The notes under the pieces: generated by a model
What the model saw: the letters and a program-made list of their open reading frames with translations, nothing else
Database searches by the model: none
What the model was told of the DNA's origin: nothing
NCBI GenBank assembly: GCA_040256005.1
Contig: JBDZWC010000064.1
Location: 1-17,010, forward strand
Source: Deinococcaceae bacterium
GTDB taxonomy: Bacteria; Deinococcota; Deinococci; Deinococcales; Trueperaceae
DNA length: 17,010 bases
Direction: 5' to 3'
Translations under genes and position numbers: made by a program
Shown: positions 1 to 8,643 of the stretch, in pieces
Layout: each line of letters opens with the position of its first letter
Position numbering within the stretch: the stretch's first letter is position 1

Positions 1-288
1 GCCATCGAGGAGGCCCGCGATCAGCTGGCGGTGGCCGGCGTGAACCTGGACCTCCTGCGGGTCAGGGCGCTGCCCCTCGGGCCCGAGGTCGCAGGCTTCG
101 TCGCCGAGCACGATGACCTGCTCGTCATCGAGATGAACCGCGACAACCAACTCAGGAACGTCCTTCGGGCCGAGCTGCCCGACCACGCCGCCCGGATCGC
201 GGGCGCCGGCTACCTTGACGGCATGCCGCTCACCGCCGAGTGGGTGGCCACGACGGTGATGAACCACCTGAACGGGAAGGTCAACTGA
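1..288 (+). CDS. korA: 2-oxoacid:ferredoxin oxidoreductase alpha subunit, C-terminal fragment (5' end outside the window)
   Basis: Frame 1 is open from base 1 (AIEEARDQLAVAGVNLDLLRVRALPL...LLVIEMNRDNQLR...YLDGMPLTA), the typical OFOR alpha C-terminus. Its stop TGA (286-288) overlaps the beta-subunit ATG (TGATG). Confidence 0.85.
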   Translation, partial: AIEEARDQLAVAGVNLDLLRVRALPLGPEVAGFVAEHDDLLVIEMNRDNQLRNVLRAELPDHAARIAGAGYLDGMPLTAEWVATTVMNHLNGKVN

Positions 289-1319
289 TGGACCGGGTGC
301 AGAAGGTGAACCTCGCGGGGCTGACCAAGGCGGACTACGCCGCCAGCCCGTCGACGCTGTGCAAGGGCTGCGGCCACAACTCGATCGCCAGCCAGATCAT
401 CCAGGTCTGCTTCGAGCTGGACCTCAGGCCGCAGGACGTGATCAAGCTCTCTGGCATCGGCTGCTCGAGCAAGTCCCCGGCCTACTTCCTGGGCCAGTCC
501 CACGGCTTCAACAGCCTGCACGGCCGCATGCCCTCGCTCGGAACGGGTGCCCTGCAGGCCAACCACCGCCTGCGGGCGATCGGCATCAGCGGCGACGGCG
601 ATACCGGCTCGATCGGGCTGGGGCAGTTCAAGCACATGGTCAGGCGCAACGTGCGCATGGCTTACATCGTCGAGAACAACGGCGTCTACGGCCTCACCAA
701 GGGCCAGTTCTCGGCCACCGCGGAGCACGGCCAAGAGCTCAAGTACGCCGGGCACAACGACTTCCCGCCCATCGACGTGGCCGTGGAGGCCATCGTCGCG
801 GGCGCCGGCTTCGTCGCCCGCTCGTTCGCCGGCGACGCCAAGCAGGTCCGCGAGCTCCTCAAGGCTGCCATGAGCTACCGCGGCCTGGCCGTCCTAGACA
901 TCATCAGCCCCTGCGTGGCGTTCAACGACGAGGACGACTCGCGCAAGAGCTACGCCTGGGGCCGGGCCAACGAGCGGGCGCTCCAGGAGCTGGGCTACGT
1001 GGCGCCGCAGGAGGAGATCTTCATCGAGGATTACGAACCCGGCGCGACGCGCGTTGTCGAGCTTCACGACGGCTCCCGCCTCACGCTGCGCAAGCTGGAG
1101 GCCGACTACGAGCCCGACGACAGGCTCAGAGCGCTGGAGAGGCTGCAGCGCGGCGAGGAGAACGGCGAGCTGGTGACCGGGCTGTTGTACTACGACGACA
1201 CGCGCCCGTCGCTGGCAGAGGTCAGCGGCTTCGGGGCCACGCCGCTCTCCGAGCTGCCCGACGCCGCGTTGCGCCCGGCGCCGGAGGCGCTCGCCAGCTT
1301 CCTCGCGTCCTACGCCTGA
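288..1319 (+). CDS. korB: 2-oxoacid:ferredoxin oxidoreductase beta subunit (ThDP-binding)
   Basis: Motifs STLCKGCGH, SGIGCSSK, HGRMPS, the ThDP motif GDGD...ENNGVYGLTKGQ and ISPCV. Start placed at ATG 288 (coupled to the alpha stop) rather than 240. Substrate specificity cannot be read from the sequence. Confidence 0.92.
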   Translation: MDRVQKVNLAGLTKADYAASPSTLCKGCGHNSIASQIIQVCFELDLRPQDVIKLSGIGCSSKSPAYFLGQSHGFNSLHGRMPSLGTGALQANHRLRAIGISGDGDTGSIGLGQFKHMVRRNVRMAYIVENNGVYGLTKGQFSATAEHGQELKYAGHNDFPPIDVAVEAIVAGAGFVARSFAGDAKQVRELLKAAMSYRGLAVLDIISPCVAFNDEDDSRKSYAWGRANERALQELGYVAPQEEIFIEDYEPGATRVVELHDGSRLTLRKLEADYEPDDRLRALERLQRGEENGELVTGLLYYDDTRPSLAEVSGFGATPLSELPDAALRPAPEALASFLASYA

Positions 1320-1325
1320 CGGCCG

Positions 1326-2537
1326 GTGCTGGCCGCAACCGAGGAACCGGATCCGGCCGAGCCCGTGCCGCCCGCCGCGACCGCGGCCGGTGACCGTCTG
1401 CACGTCGCCCTGATCACCGAGACGTTCCTGCCCAAGGTCGACGGTGTCGTCACCCGGCTGGTGGCCACCCTCCACGCTCTGGAGCGGCTGGGCCACGAGG
1501 TGCTGGTGTTGGCCCCGCCCGGCGCGCCCGGCTCCTCTGCCGGTGCCAGGGTGGTCGCGGCGAGCGGGCTACCGTTCCCGTGGTACCCGGAACACACGAT
1601 CGCCCTGCCGTCGGCACGCCTCGGGCGGGAGATCGATCGGTTCCGGCCGGACGTGGTCCACGTGGTGAACCCGGTCCTGTTCGGGACATGGGGAGCGTTC
1701 GTGGCGCGGCGCAGACGCCTGCCGCTGCTCGCGTCGTTCCACACCGACCCCAAGGTCGTTAGAGATTTATCGCTCGGCTGGATCGAACGGCCGCTCGAGG
1801 TGCTCGACCGCGAGGTGCACAACCTGGCGCACGTCAACCTGGCGACGAGCCCGCAGATGGTCGAGCTGGCGAGGGACCTCGGCATCCGCCGTGTGCGCCT
1901 CTGGCCCAAGGCCGTCGACGCCGACCGGTTCCACCCCCGCCACCGCTCGGACGGGATGCGGGAACGCCTCGGAGGCGGGAAGCCGGACCTGCCGCTGGTC
2001 GTCTACGCGGGCCGCGTGTCGTTCGAGAAGCGGGTTGACGTCCTGGCGAACGCAGCCAAGCTGCTCCGGGAGGAAGCGCGCTTCGCCGTCGTGGGCGACG
2101 GCCCTGCGCTCGACTGGTTGAAGGCCGAGGTCGAGGGGACGGGTACCGTCTTCACCGGCTTCCTCGACGGGGACGAGCTAGCCGCCGCCTACGCCAGCGG
2201 GGACGCCTTCGCGTTCCCCTCCGACTCCGAGACGTTGGGCTTCGCCGCCCTCGAGGCCATGGCGGCCGGCGTGCCCGTCGTGGCCGCCCGCGCCGGCGGC
2301 ATCCCCCACATCGTCGATGACCACGAGACCGGGCTGCTCGTCGAGCCGGGCAGCGCCGAGGCGCTGGCCGCCGCGTTGCGGCGCGTGATCGGCGACGAGG
2401 CGCTGGGCCAGCGCTTGGCACGCGCCGGACGGCGGGAGGCCGAACGCTGGTCCTGGACGGCTTCCGCCGAGAGGCTCGTGGAGTTCTACCGGCAGGCCAT
2501 CAGGCTCAGGGGTTGGGAGTCGGCGCGACGGGCGTGA
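1326..2537 (+). CDS. GT4 (GT-B) glycosyltransferase, SqdX/MgtA-like glycolipid synthase
   Basis: N-terminal ALITETFLPKVDGVVTRL, then HVVNP, ASFHT, YAGRVSFEK, VGDGP and the EX7E motif in FPSDSETLGFAALEAMAAG. Exact start uncertain because of a low-complexity ~24-aa N-terminus. Confidence 0.88.
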   Translation: MLAATEEPDPAEPVPPAATAAGDRLHVALITETFLPKVDGVVTRLVATLHALERLGHEVLVLAPPGAPGSSAGARVVAASGLPFPWYPEHTIALPSARLGREIDRFRPDVVHVVNPVLFGTWGAFVARRRRLPLLASFHTDPKVVRDLSLGWIERPLEVLDREVHNLAHVNLATSPQMVELARDLGIRRVRLWPKAVDADRFHPRHRSDGMRERLGGGKPDLPLVVYAGRVSFEKRVDVLANAAKLLREEARFAVVGDGPALDWLKAEVEGTGTVFTGFLDGDELAAAYASGDAFAFPSDSETLGFAALEAMAAGVPVVAARAGGIPHIVDDHETGLLVEPGSAEALAAALRRVIGDEALGQRLARAGRREAERWSWTASAERLVEFYRQAIRLRGWESARRA

Positions 2538-3781
2538 CGGATCAGCCGCGGCCGCGCGCCAGCCGCGCGGGCCGGCAAGGTCTGAGCGAGGACGGAAGGC
2601 GGTTGGCGCTGGCCATCTACGTCCCGACGGCGCTGGTGGCGGTCGGGGACGGCATCTTGGTGCCCACCCTGCCGCTCTTCGTCGCCTCGTTCGAGTCATC
2701 GCTGGCGCTGGTCGGCCTGGTCCTGGCCGGGGAGGCGATCGGCATGCTCCTCGGCGACGTGCCGGCCGGCTGGTTCACGGACCGCACGTCGCCCAAGGTC
2801 GCGCTGCTCGTGGGCGGCGGGATCGCGCTGGTCTCTGTGCTCGCCACCGCGCTCGCCGGCGACCTCGTCGCGGTACTGAGCCTGCGCGTGATCGCGGGGT
2901 TCGGGATCGCTCTCTTCAACCTCGCCAGGCACGCGTACCTCGCCGAGGCGACGAGCCTCGCCGGACGGGGGCGGCTCATCGCCCTCTACGGCGGTGTGAA
3001 CCGCCTGGGCGGTTTCATCGGCCCGGCCCTGGGTGGCGCCGTGGCCGCGCTGTTGGGTCTGCGCGCACCGCTGGTGCTCTACGCGGCGGTGATGTTGGCG
3101 GCCGTCGTCCTGGTCGCGATCGCGATCCCGCGGGTGCCGGTCGCCGCCGGCCGACCGGCGTTGGCGGAGTCCAGGCGCGCCATGCGGGAGGCGGTGCCGG
3201 TACTGCTCAACGCCGGTATCGGCCAGGTGCTGGGTCAGGCGGCGCGCGCCGGTCGCCGCGTCCTGATCCCCTTGTTCGGCGCGGGCGTCCTGGGCCTCGA
3301 CGCCCTCGCAGTGGGGCTCATCGTCAGCGCCAGCGCCCTCGTCGACATGTTGATGTTCTACCCGGCGGGCTGGCTCATGGACAGGCGTGGCCGCAAGGCA
3401 GCGATCGTGCCCTGCTTCCTGCTCATGGGGATCGCCGTGGCGCTCGTCCCGCTGGCGACGGGTTTCTGGACGCTCCTCGGCATCGCGGTGCTGGTGGGCC
3501 TCGGCAACGGCCTCGGTTCCGGCACGATGATGACGCTGGCGGCCGACCTCGCGCCGCCGGCTGCCGCGGCTCAGTTCATCGGGTGGTGGCGCCTGATCGG
3601 GGACGCTGGCATGGTCGGTGGGCCGCTGGTCGTCGGCTTCGTCGCTCAGGCGGCTTCACTGGGGCCAGCCGCCGTGGCCGTCGGACTCGTGGGTGTTGGT
3701 GCTGCCGCGTGGTTCGGTTCACGCGTGCCGGAGACACTCATCCCGGTATCATCTAGCGCCAAGGGCACAGGCGCCGCCTGA
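2534..3781 (+). CDS. MFS transporter, substrate unknown
   Basis: About 12 hydrophobic segments. Motif A-like GWFTDRTSPK and GWLMDRRGRK in the two halves. The GTG at 2534 overlaps the glycosyltransferase stop (GTGA). Confidence 0.88.
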   Translation: MTDQPRPRASRAGRQGLSEDGRRLALAIYVPTALVAVGDGILVPTLPLFVASFESSLALVGLVLAGEAIGMLLGDVPAGWFTDRTSPKVALLVGGGIALVSVLATALAGDLVAVLSLRVIAGFGIALFNLARHAYLAEATSLAGRGRLIALYGGVNRLGGFIGPALGGAVAALLGLRAPLVLYAAVMLAAVVLVAIAIPRVPVAAGRPALAESRRAMREAVPVLLNAGIGQVLGQAARAGRRVLIPLFGAGVLGLDALAVGLIVSASALVDMLMFYPAGWLMDRRGRKAAIVPCFLLMGIAVALVPLATGFWTLLGIAVLVGLGNGLGSGTMMTLAADLAPPAAAAQFIGWWRLIGDAGMVGGPLVVGFVAQAASLGPAAVAVGLVGVGAAAWFGSRVPETLIPVSSSAKGTGAA

Positions 3782-3834
3782 TCAGCGCGCCCTCCTCGTG
3801 GGGGCCAGCGTTCACGCCGCCCGGAACGGGACCG

Positions 3835-5589
3835 ATGGAGGAGCGCACGCACAGCCCCGGACGGGCCACGGAGGCCTTCTTCCGCACTCATCCTCAGGCT
3901 GTCGTCGTCTACGACCCTCAGTCGCTCGAGCTGCTGGCCGCGAACCCGCGCGCGCTCGAGGTGTTCGGCTTGCCCACCGGCGCCGTCCCCGGCAAGGGCC
4001 TGCCGGCCTTGCATGTCGGTGACCTGCCCGCCTCCGTGCGCCGTGACTACATGGCGGCTCAGACGCCGTTCCTGGCGAATATGAACGGCGCCGCTACGGT
4101 ACGGCTCAAGGGCGTACGCGGCGAGTTCGAGGCGGTCGTGAGCGTCTTCGAGCTGGTGTACGGCGGCAAGATCGCGCGCATGGCGATATGCGCCGAACTG
4201 GGCGCCAGGCGCGCCGACGACGCCTTCTACGAGGAACGGAAGGCGCTCGAACAGCGCGTCGACTACCTGGCCAACAACGACCCGGTGACCGACCTGCCGA
4301 ACCGGCAGCGGTTCGAGACGCTCCTACTGGACGCCATGGCCGCCGCGAAGTCGGCCCAGCACAAGGTCGCTGTGCTCTACCTCGAGTTGCACGGCTTCCG
4401 GCTCATCCACGACGCCGTCAGCCAGGACGCGGCCGACGACATGTTGCGACTGGCGGCCCGGCGCCTGAAGTCCGTCGCGCAGGGCTCGACGGTCGCGCGC
4501 TTCGGCACGGACGAGTTCGCCATCATCACCCGCCCGCTCCACGACACCGTCGACGCCACGAACATCGCCCAGCGGGTCGTGGGTGGCCTCGTCGAGCCGG
4601 TGGTGCTGGAGGGCAGGAGCGTCACCTTCAGGCCCAGGGTGGGCGTCGCGGTGTTCCCCGACCACGCCGCAACGCCGGGTGCCCTGTTGAAGGCGGCCTC
4701 CCAGGCCAAGTACCGCGCGAAGGCGGCGCGCGGCCCCTCGTTCGCCGTGTTCCGCCCCGCCATGCAGGTGCGCGTCCAGGAGCGGTTGGAGCTCGAGGAC
4801 GAGCTCAGGCAGGCGTTCGGCACGGGCCAGCTGGTCATCTACTACCAGCCGCGCGTCGACCTGCGCAGCGGCCGGCTGGTGGGCGTCGAGGCCTTGGTGA
4901 GGTGGCGCCACCCCGAGCGGGGGCTCCTGAGCCCAGACTCGTTCGTCCCTCTGGCGGAGGAGACGGGGCAGATCGTCGCGCTCGGCCAGGAGGTGTTGGG
5001 GCTGGCCCTCGACCAGGTCGTGCGCTGGCAACAGGCGGGCTTCACCGTCCCCCGCGTCGCCGTCAACGTCTCGCCGTTGCAGCTACGCGGTGGAGGGTTC
5101 TACGAGGACGTGCGCAAGGCGCTCCAGCGCTCGGGCCTGGAAGGGGGCAGGCTCGAGGTCGAGGTCACCGAGACGGCCGCTCTCGCCGACCGCAGGCGGG
5201 GGTCGGACGTGCTCGCCGAGCTGCGGCGGTTGGGTGTGCGGGTGGCGCTCGACGACTTCGGCACGGGCTACGCGTCGCTGGCGCACCTGCAGGACCTGCC
5301 GGTCGACGCCCTGAAGCTCGACAGGGCGTTCCTCGAGCAGGGGCCGTCCGGGGCCGCCGTGGGCGAGCTGGCGATCCTCAAGGCCGTGGCGGCTCTCGGC
5401 CGGGCGCTAGGGGTAGAGGTCACCGCCGAAGGCGTGGAGACGGACGATCAGCTGCGGCACGTGATCGAGGCGGGCTGCGACTCGGTGCAGGGGTTCTTGG
5501 TGTCTCAACCAGTGGCCGCCGCCATGGTGCAGGAGGCTGCCACGAAGGGCAGGGCGGTGCTCGAGCGGGCACGGGCCGGACACCGCTAG
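3835..5589 (+). CDS. PAS-like + degenerate GGDEF + EAL protein, probable c-di-GMP phosphodiesterase
   Basis: PAS-like N-terminus (FFRTHPQAVVVYD...ANPRA). The GGDEF domain starts at DPVTDLPNR but its active site reads FGTDEF. EAL motifs are intact: YQP, VEALVRW, AVNVS, EVTET, DDFGTGY, LKLDRAF, AEGVET, QGF. Confidence 0.9.
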   Translation: MEERTHSPGRATEAFFRTHPQAVVVYDPQSLELLAANPRALEVFGLPTGAVPGKGLPALHVGDLPASVRRDYMAAQTPFLANMNGAATVRLKGVRGEFEAVVSVFELVYGGKIARMAICAELGARRADDAFYEERKALEQRVDYLANNDPVTDLPNRQRFETLLLDAMAAAKSAQHKVAVLYLELHGFRLIHDAVSQDAADDMLRLAARRLKSVAQGSTVARFGTDEFAIITRPLHDTVDATNIAQRVVGGLVEPVVLEGRSVTFRPRVGVAVFPDHAATPGALLKAASQAKYRAKAARGPSFAVFRPAMQVRVQERLELEDELRQAFGTGQLVIYYQPRVDLRSGRLVGVEALVRWRHPERGLLSPDSFVPLAEETGQIVALGQEVLGLALDQVVRWQQAGFTVPRVAVNVSPLQLRGGGFYEDVRKALQRSGLEGGRLEVEVTETAALADRRRGSDVLAELRRLGVRVALDDFGTGYASLAHLQDLPVDALKLDRAFLEQGPSGAAVGELAILKAVAALGRALGVEVTAEGVETDDQLRHVIEAGCDSVQGFLVSQPVAAAMVQEAATKGRAVLERARAGHR

Positions 5590-5629
5590 TCGGTCGGGAA
5601 GAAGCGCTGCGGCCCGGGAGCTAGCCGTC

Positions 5630-6676
5630 TCACTCGCCCCAGGTCGACCTCAACACCCGCAGCCAGTTGCGGTAGCCGATCTTCTCGAGGGTGTCACGGT
5701 CGTAGCCCGCGTCCGCCAACGCCTCGAACAGCCGCTGTACGCCCGCCACGTCGGCGATCGCCGATGGCATGGTGGCGCCGTCGAAGTCGGAGCCCATCGC
5801 CACCCGGTCGGGGCCCAGCTTGTCCACCAGGTGATCGACGTGGCGCACCATGACGTCCAAGGGCATCGCCGGGTCGGAGGAGCCGTCCTCGGCCAGGAAC
5901 CCGACGTTGAAGTTGAGGCCTACCAGACCGTCGGACCGCGCGATCGCGTCAAGTTGAGCGTCCGTCAGGTTGCGCGGCGAAGGGCTCAGGGCGTGCGCGT
6001 TCGAGTGGGTCGCCACCAGCGGCGCCTCGGACAGGTCGGCGACGTCCCAGAACCCCTTCTCGCTGATGTGCGACAGGTCGATCATGACCTTGAGCTCGTT
6101 GCAGCGCTTGACCAGCCGCACGCCGTGGGCCGTGAGCCCGGGGGCAACGTCCGGCGAGGACGGGAACGCGAACGGCACGCCGTACCCGAAGGCGTTCGCG
6201 CGGCTCCAGACGATGCCCAGCGACCGGAGGCCGGCCGCGTGGTAGACGTCCAACGCCGCCAGGTCGACGTCGATGGCCTCGGCGCCCTCGAAGTGCAGGA
6301 TGGCCGCGAGCGAGCCGGCCGCCATCGCCTCCTCGATCTCCCTCACGCTGCGCACGATCCTCAGGCGCCGATCCGGGTCCGCGTCCCACTTGAGCAGCTG
6401 CGAGACCATGGCGTTCGTCGTCGTCGTCGCCTGGGCATGGTCAACGACCGGGGGCACAGGCCTGGGGGTGGTGCCGTCGCGTCGCGCGAACGAGGTGGGC
6501 AGGCCGGGCACCTTGCGGCCGGGAGGGAAGACGGCGAAGAACGCGCCGGCCAGGCCACCCTGGCGCGCGCGTTCGAGGTCGATGTGGCCAGTCTCCTGGC
6601 GCGCGAAGAAGTCGCGCGCGGGCTCCTCGTAGTGAAGGAGCAACGTGTCGTTGTGGCCGTCGATGACGGGGATCAT
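5630..6676 (-). CDS. Membrane-dipeptidase family (peptidase M19) Zn dipeptidase
   Basis: Motifs IDGHND, HFEGAE, IDLSH, THSN and GSDFDG. No signal peptide, so probably cytoplasmic. Confidence 0.92.
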   Translation of the reverse strand: MIPVIDGHNDTLLLHYEEPARDFFARQETGHIDLERARQGGLAGAFFAVFPPGRKVPGLPTSFARRDGTTPRPVPPVVDHAQATTTTNAMVSQLLKWDADPDRRLRIVRSVREIEEAMAAGSLAAILHFEGAEAIDVDLAALDVYHAAGLRSLGIVWSRANAFGYGVPFAFPSSPDVAPGLTAHGVRLVKRCNELKVMIDLSHISEKGFWDVADLSEAPLVATHSNAHALSPSPRNLTDAQLDAIARSDGLVGLNFNVGFLAEDGSSDPAMPLDVMVRHVDHLVDKLGPDRVAMGSDFDGATMPSAIADVAGVQRLFEALADAGYDRDTLEKIGYRNWLRVLRSTWGE

Positions 6677-6681
6677 GCGTG

Positions 6682-6687
6682 AGGCTA
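6682..6687 (-). promoter_or_regulatory. Putative -10 element for a leaderless dipeptidase transcript
   Basis: The minus strand reads TAGCCT-cacgc-ATG: a TANNNT box 5 nt before the start codon, with no Shine-Dalgarno in the 20-nt gap. Confidence 0.5.
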
Positions 6688-6696
6688 CCGCGCGGG

Positions 6697-7581
6697 CTAG
6701 TCCCTGGGGTCGAACGCGTCGCGCAGCCCGTCGCCGAGGAGGTTGAAGGCTAGCACCGTGAGGGATATCGCGGCGCCGGGGTAGAGGAGGAGCCAGGACG
6801 AACCCGGCAGGAAGCGCCTCCCGCGCGACAGCATCTCCCCCCAGTCGGAGGTGGGCGGCTGGACGCCCAGGCCGAGGAACGAGAGGCCCGCCATGCTGAG
6901 GATCGCGAACCCGATCCCCAGCGTCGCCTGCACCGTCAGAGGCCCGATGGTGGACGGCAAGACGTGCCGCACCATCAGCCTCAGGTCGTGCGCTCCCAGG
7001 GAGCGGGCGGCGTGTACGAACTCCTCCTCGCGCGCGGCGATCACCACGCTGCGGGCCAAGCGCGCGTAGCCGGGGACGGCCACGATGGCGACGGCCACCA
7101 CGGCGTTGACGAGCCCGGGGCCGAGCGTGCCGACGACGGCCAACGCCAGCAGGAGGGAGGGGAAGGCCAGTAGAACGTCCATCACGCGCATGAGCACGTC
7201 GTCCAGCCAGCCACGGTAGTAGCCCCCCAGGAGCCCGATGGTGGTGCCCACGAGTAGCCCCGAGACGACGGGCACCAGTCCGGTGAAGAGGCTGATGCGA
7301 GCGCCGTACAGCACACGGCTGAGGATGTCGCGGCCGAACTCGTCGGTGCCGAACGGGTGCGCCGTGCTGGGAGGGCGTAGTCGGGCCCTCAGGTCCTGAG
7401 CGTCCGGAGCGAACGGGGCCAACGTCGGAGCGAGGACGGCGATGAGAACGAGGGCGACGACCAGCACCAGCCCGACGACGGCTCCCCGGTTGCGGCGGAA
7501 GCGCCGCGCAGCGGGCGCGTTCCAGAAGCGGGCCAGCGGCCCGGGAACACGACCCGCAGTCGCGGCCACCAGGTCAGCCAT
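6697..7581 (-). CDS. dppC: Peptide/nickel ABC transporter permease, DppC/OppC type
   Basis: HPFGTDEFGRDILSR motif, EAA loop EEFVHAARSLGA, LSFLGLG..PP..WG and C-terminal GDGLRDAFDPR. Confidence 0.93.
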   Translation of the reverse strand: MADLVAATAGRVPGPLARFWNAPAARRFRRNRGAVVGLVLVVALVLIAVLAPTLAPFAPDAQDLRARLRPPSTAHPFGTDEFGRDILSRVLYGARISLFTGLVPVVSGLLVGTTIGLLGGYYRGWLDDVLMRVMDVLLAFPSLLLALAVVGTLGPGLVNAVVAVAIVAVPGYARLARSVVIAAREEEFVHAARSLGAHDLRLMVRHVLPSTIGPLTVQATLGIGFAILSMAGLSFLGLGVQPPTSDWGEMLSRGRRFLPGSSWLLLYPGAAISLTVLAFNLLGDGLRDAFDPRD

Positions 7582-8503
7582 AGCGGACCTTGGGGTTGAG
7601 AGCGGCGTACGACAGGTCGACGAGCAGGTTGACGAGGATGAACGCGACGGCGACGAGCAGGACCGAGCCCTGTACCAAGGGCAGGTCGCGGCTGCGTATC
7701 GCGTCGACGAGCAACCGGCCCACCCCCGGCCAGGCGAAGACGGTCTCGGTGAGCACCGCGCCGCCCAGCAGTCCCCCGAACTGGAGTCCCACCACGGTCA
7801 CCACGGGCAGCAGCGCGTTCTTGAGCGCGTGCTTGAGCCGCACGACGCGCTCCCTGAGACCCTTGGCTCGCGCCGTGCGCACGTAGTCGAGTCGCAACGT
7901 CTCGATGAGCGAGGCTCGCGTCACGCGCGCGATGAACGCAGCCGATGAGAAGCCCACGGCGGCGGCGGGCATGACGAGGTGTCGCCAGCCTCCGAACCCT
8001 GACGCAGGCAGCCAGCCGAGCTGCAGGGCGAACACGAGCATCAACACGAGGCCCGACCAGAACACGGGCACAGACACGCCCAACAGCGCGACGACGATAG
8101 CGATGCTATCGACCCACGTGCCCTTGTAGACGGCGGCGAGCACGCCGAACGCCCCACCGACCACGACGGCGATCAACATCGCGCTGCCGGCCAGAGCCAG
8201 CGTGGCGGGGAAGCGCGAGAGCACCTCCGCGCCGACCGGCTGCGAGCTGCGCAGCGAGACGCCGAGGTCCAGCCGCAGCGCCCCCGACAGGTAAGAGACG
8301 AACTGCTCGGCGAAGCCGCGGTCGAGCCCGTACGCTCGGCGCAGCTCCTCGACCTGGCCGGCGCTCATGCCCTGCGCGCTCTCGCCCAGCAGGGCGAGCA
8401 CCGGGTCGCCAGGCGCGAGCCAGACCATGCAGAAGACAAGGAAGATGACGCCGAGCAGAACGGGCACCAGCCCCAGGACGCGCTTCGTGACGTATGCGAG
8501 CAT
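7574..8503 (-). CDS. dppB: Peptide/nickel ABC transporter permease, DppB/OppB type
   Basis: APGDP, DLGVS, SVPVFW, EAA loop DYVRTARAKGL, ETVFAWPGVGRL and C-terminal LNPKVRYG. Overlaps dppC by 8 bp. Confidence 0.93.
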   Translation of the reverse strand: MLAYVTKRVLGLVPVLLGVIFLVFCMVWLAPGDPVLALLGESAQGMSAGQVEELRRAYGLDRGFAEQFVSYLSGALRLDLGVSLRSSQPVGAEVLSRFPATLALAGSAMLIAVVVGGAFGVLAAVYKGTWVDSIAIVVALLGVSVPVFWSGLVLMLVFALQLGWLPASGFGGWRHLVMPAAAVGFSSAAFIARVTRASLIETLRLDYVRTARAKGLRERVVRLKHALKNALLPVVTVVGLQFGGLLGGAVLTETVFAWPGVGRLLVDAIRSRDLPLVQGSVLLVAVAFILVNLLVDLSYAALNPKVRYG

Positions 8504-8520
8504 GACGAGTCCGAGTATTG

Positions 8521-8620
8521 AGCGGACCGGGCCGGTCGCGACCGCGGTCCGCTACCACGGTGGACGCGGCGGTCCGGCGGCCGGGCAGCACGCCAAGCGG
8601 GCGACCGGAACCCGGCCGCC
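8521..8620. repeat. Two GC-rich inverted repeats between the binding-protein and permease genes
   Basis: AGCGGACCG (8521-8529) pairs with CGGTCCGCT (8545-8553), enclosing the palindrome CGGTCGCGACCG (8533-8544). GGCGGCCGGG (8576-8585) pairs with CCCGGCCGCC (8611-8620). Confidence 0.6.
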
Positions 8621-8643
8621 CGCCCGCACGCGGTGATCGGCCT

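Noticed and set aside
3807..3826. AGCGTTCA...GCCCGGAA resembles my recollection of the xanthine (NMT1) riboswitch core
   Set aside because: There is no room for the intervening stem, no closing P1 helix, and the downstream gene is unrelated to purine oxidation. An Rfam cmscan would settle it.
5590..5629. Expected terminator between the convergent EAL and dipeptidase genes
   Set aside because: No convincing stem with a U-tract on either strand.
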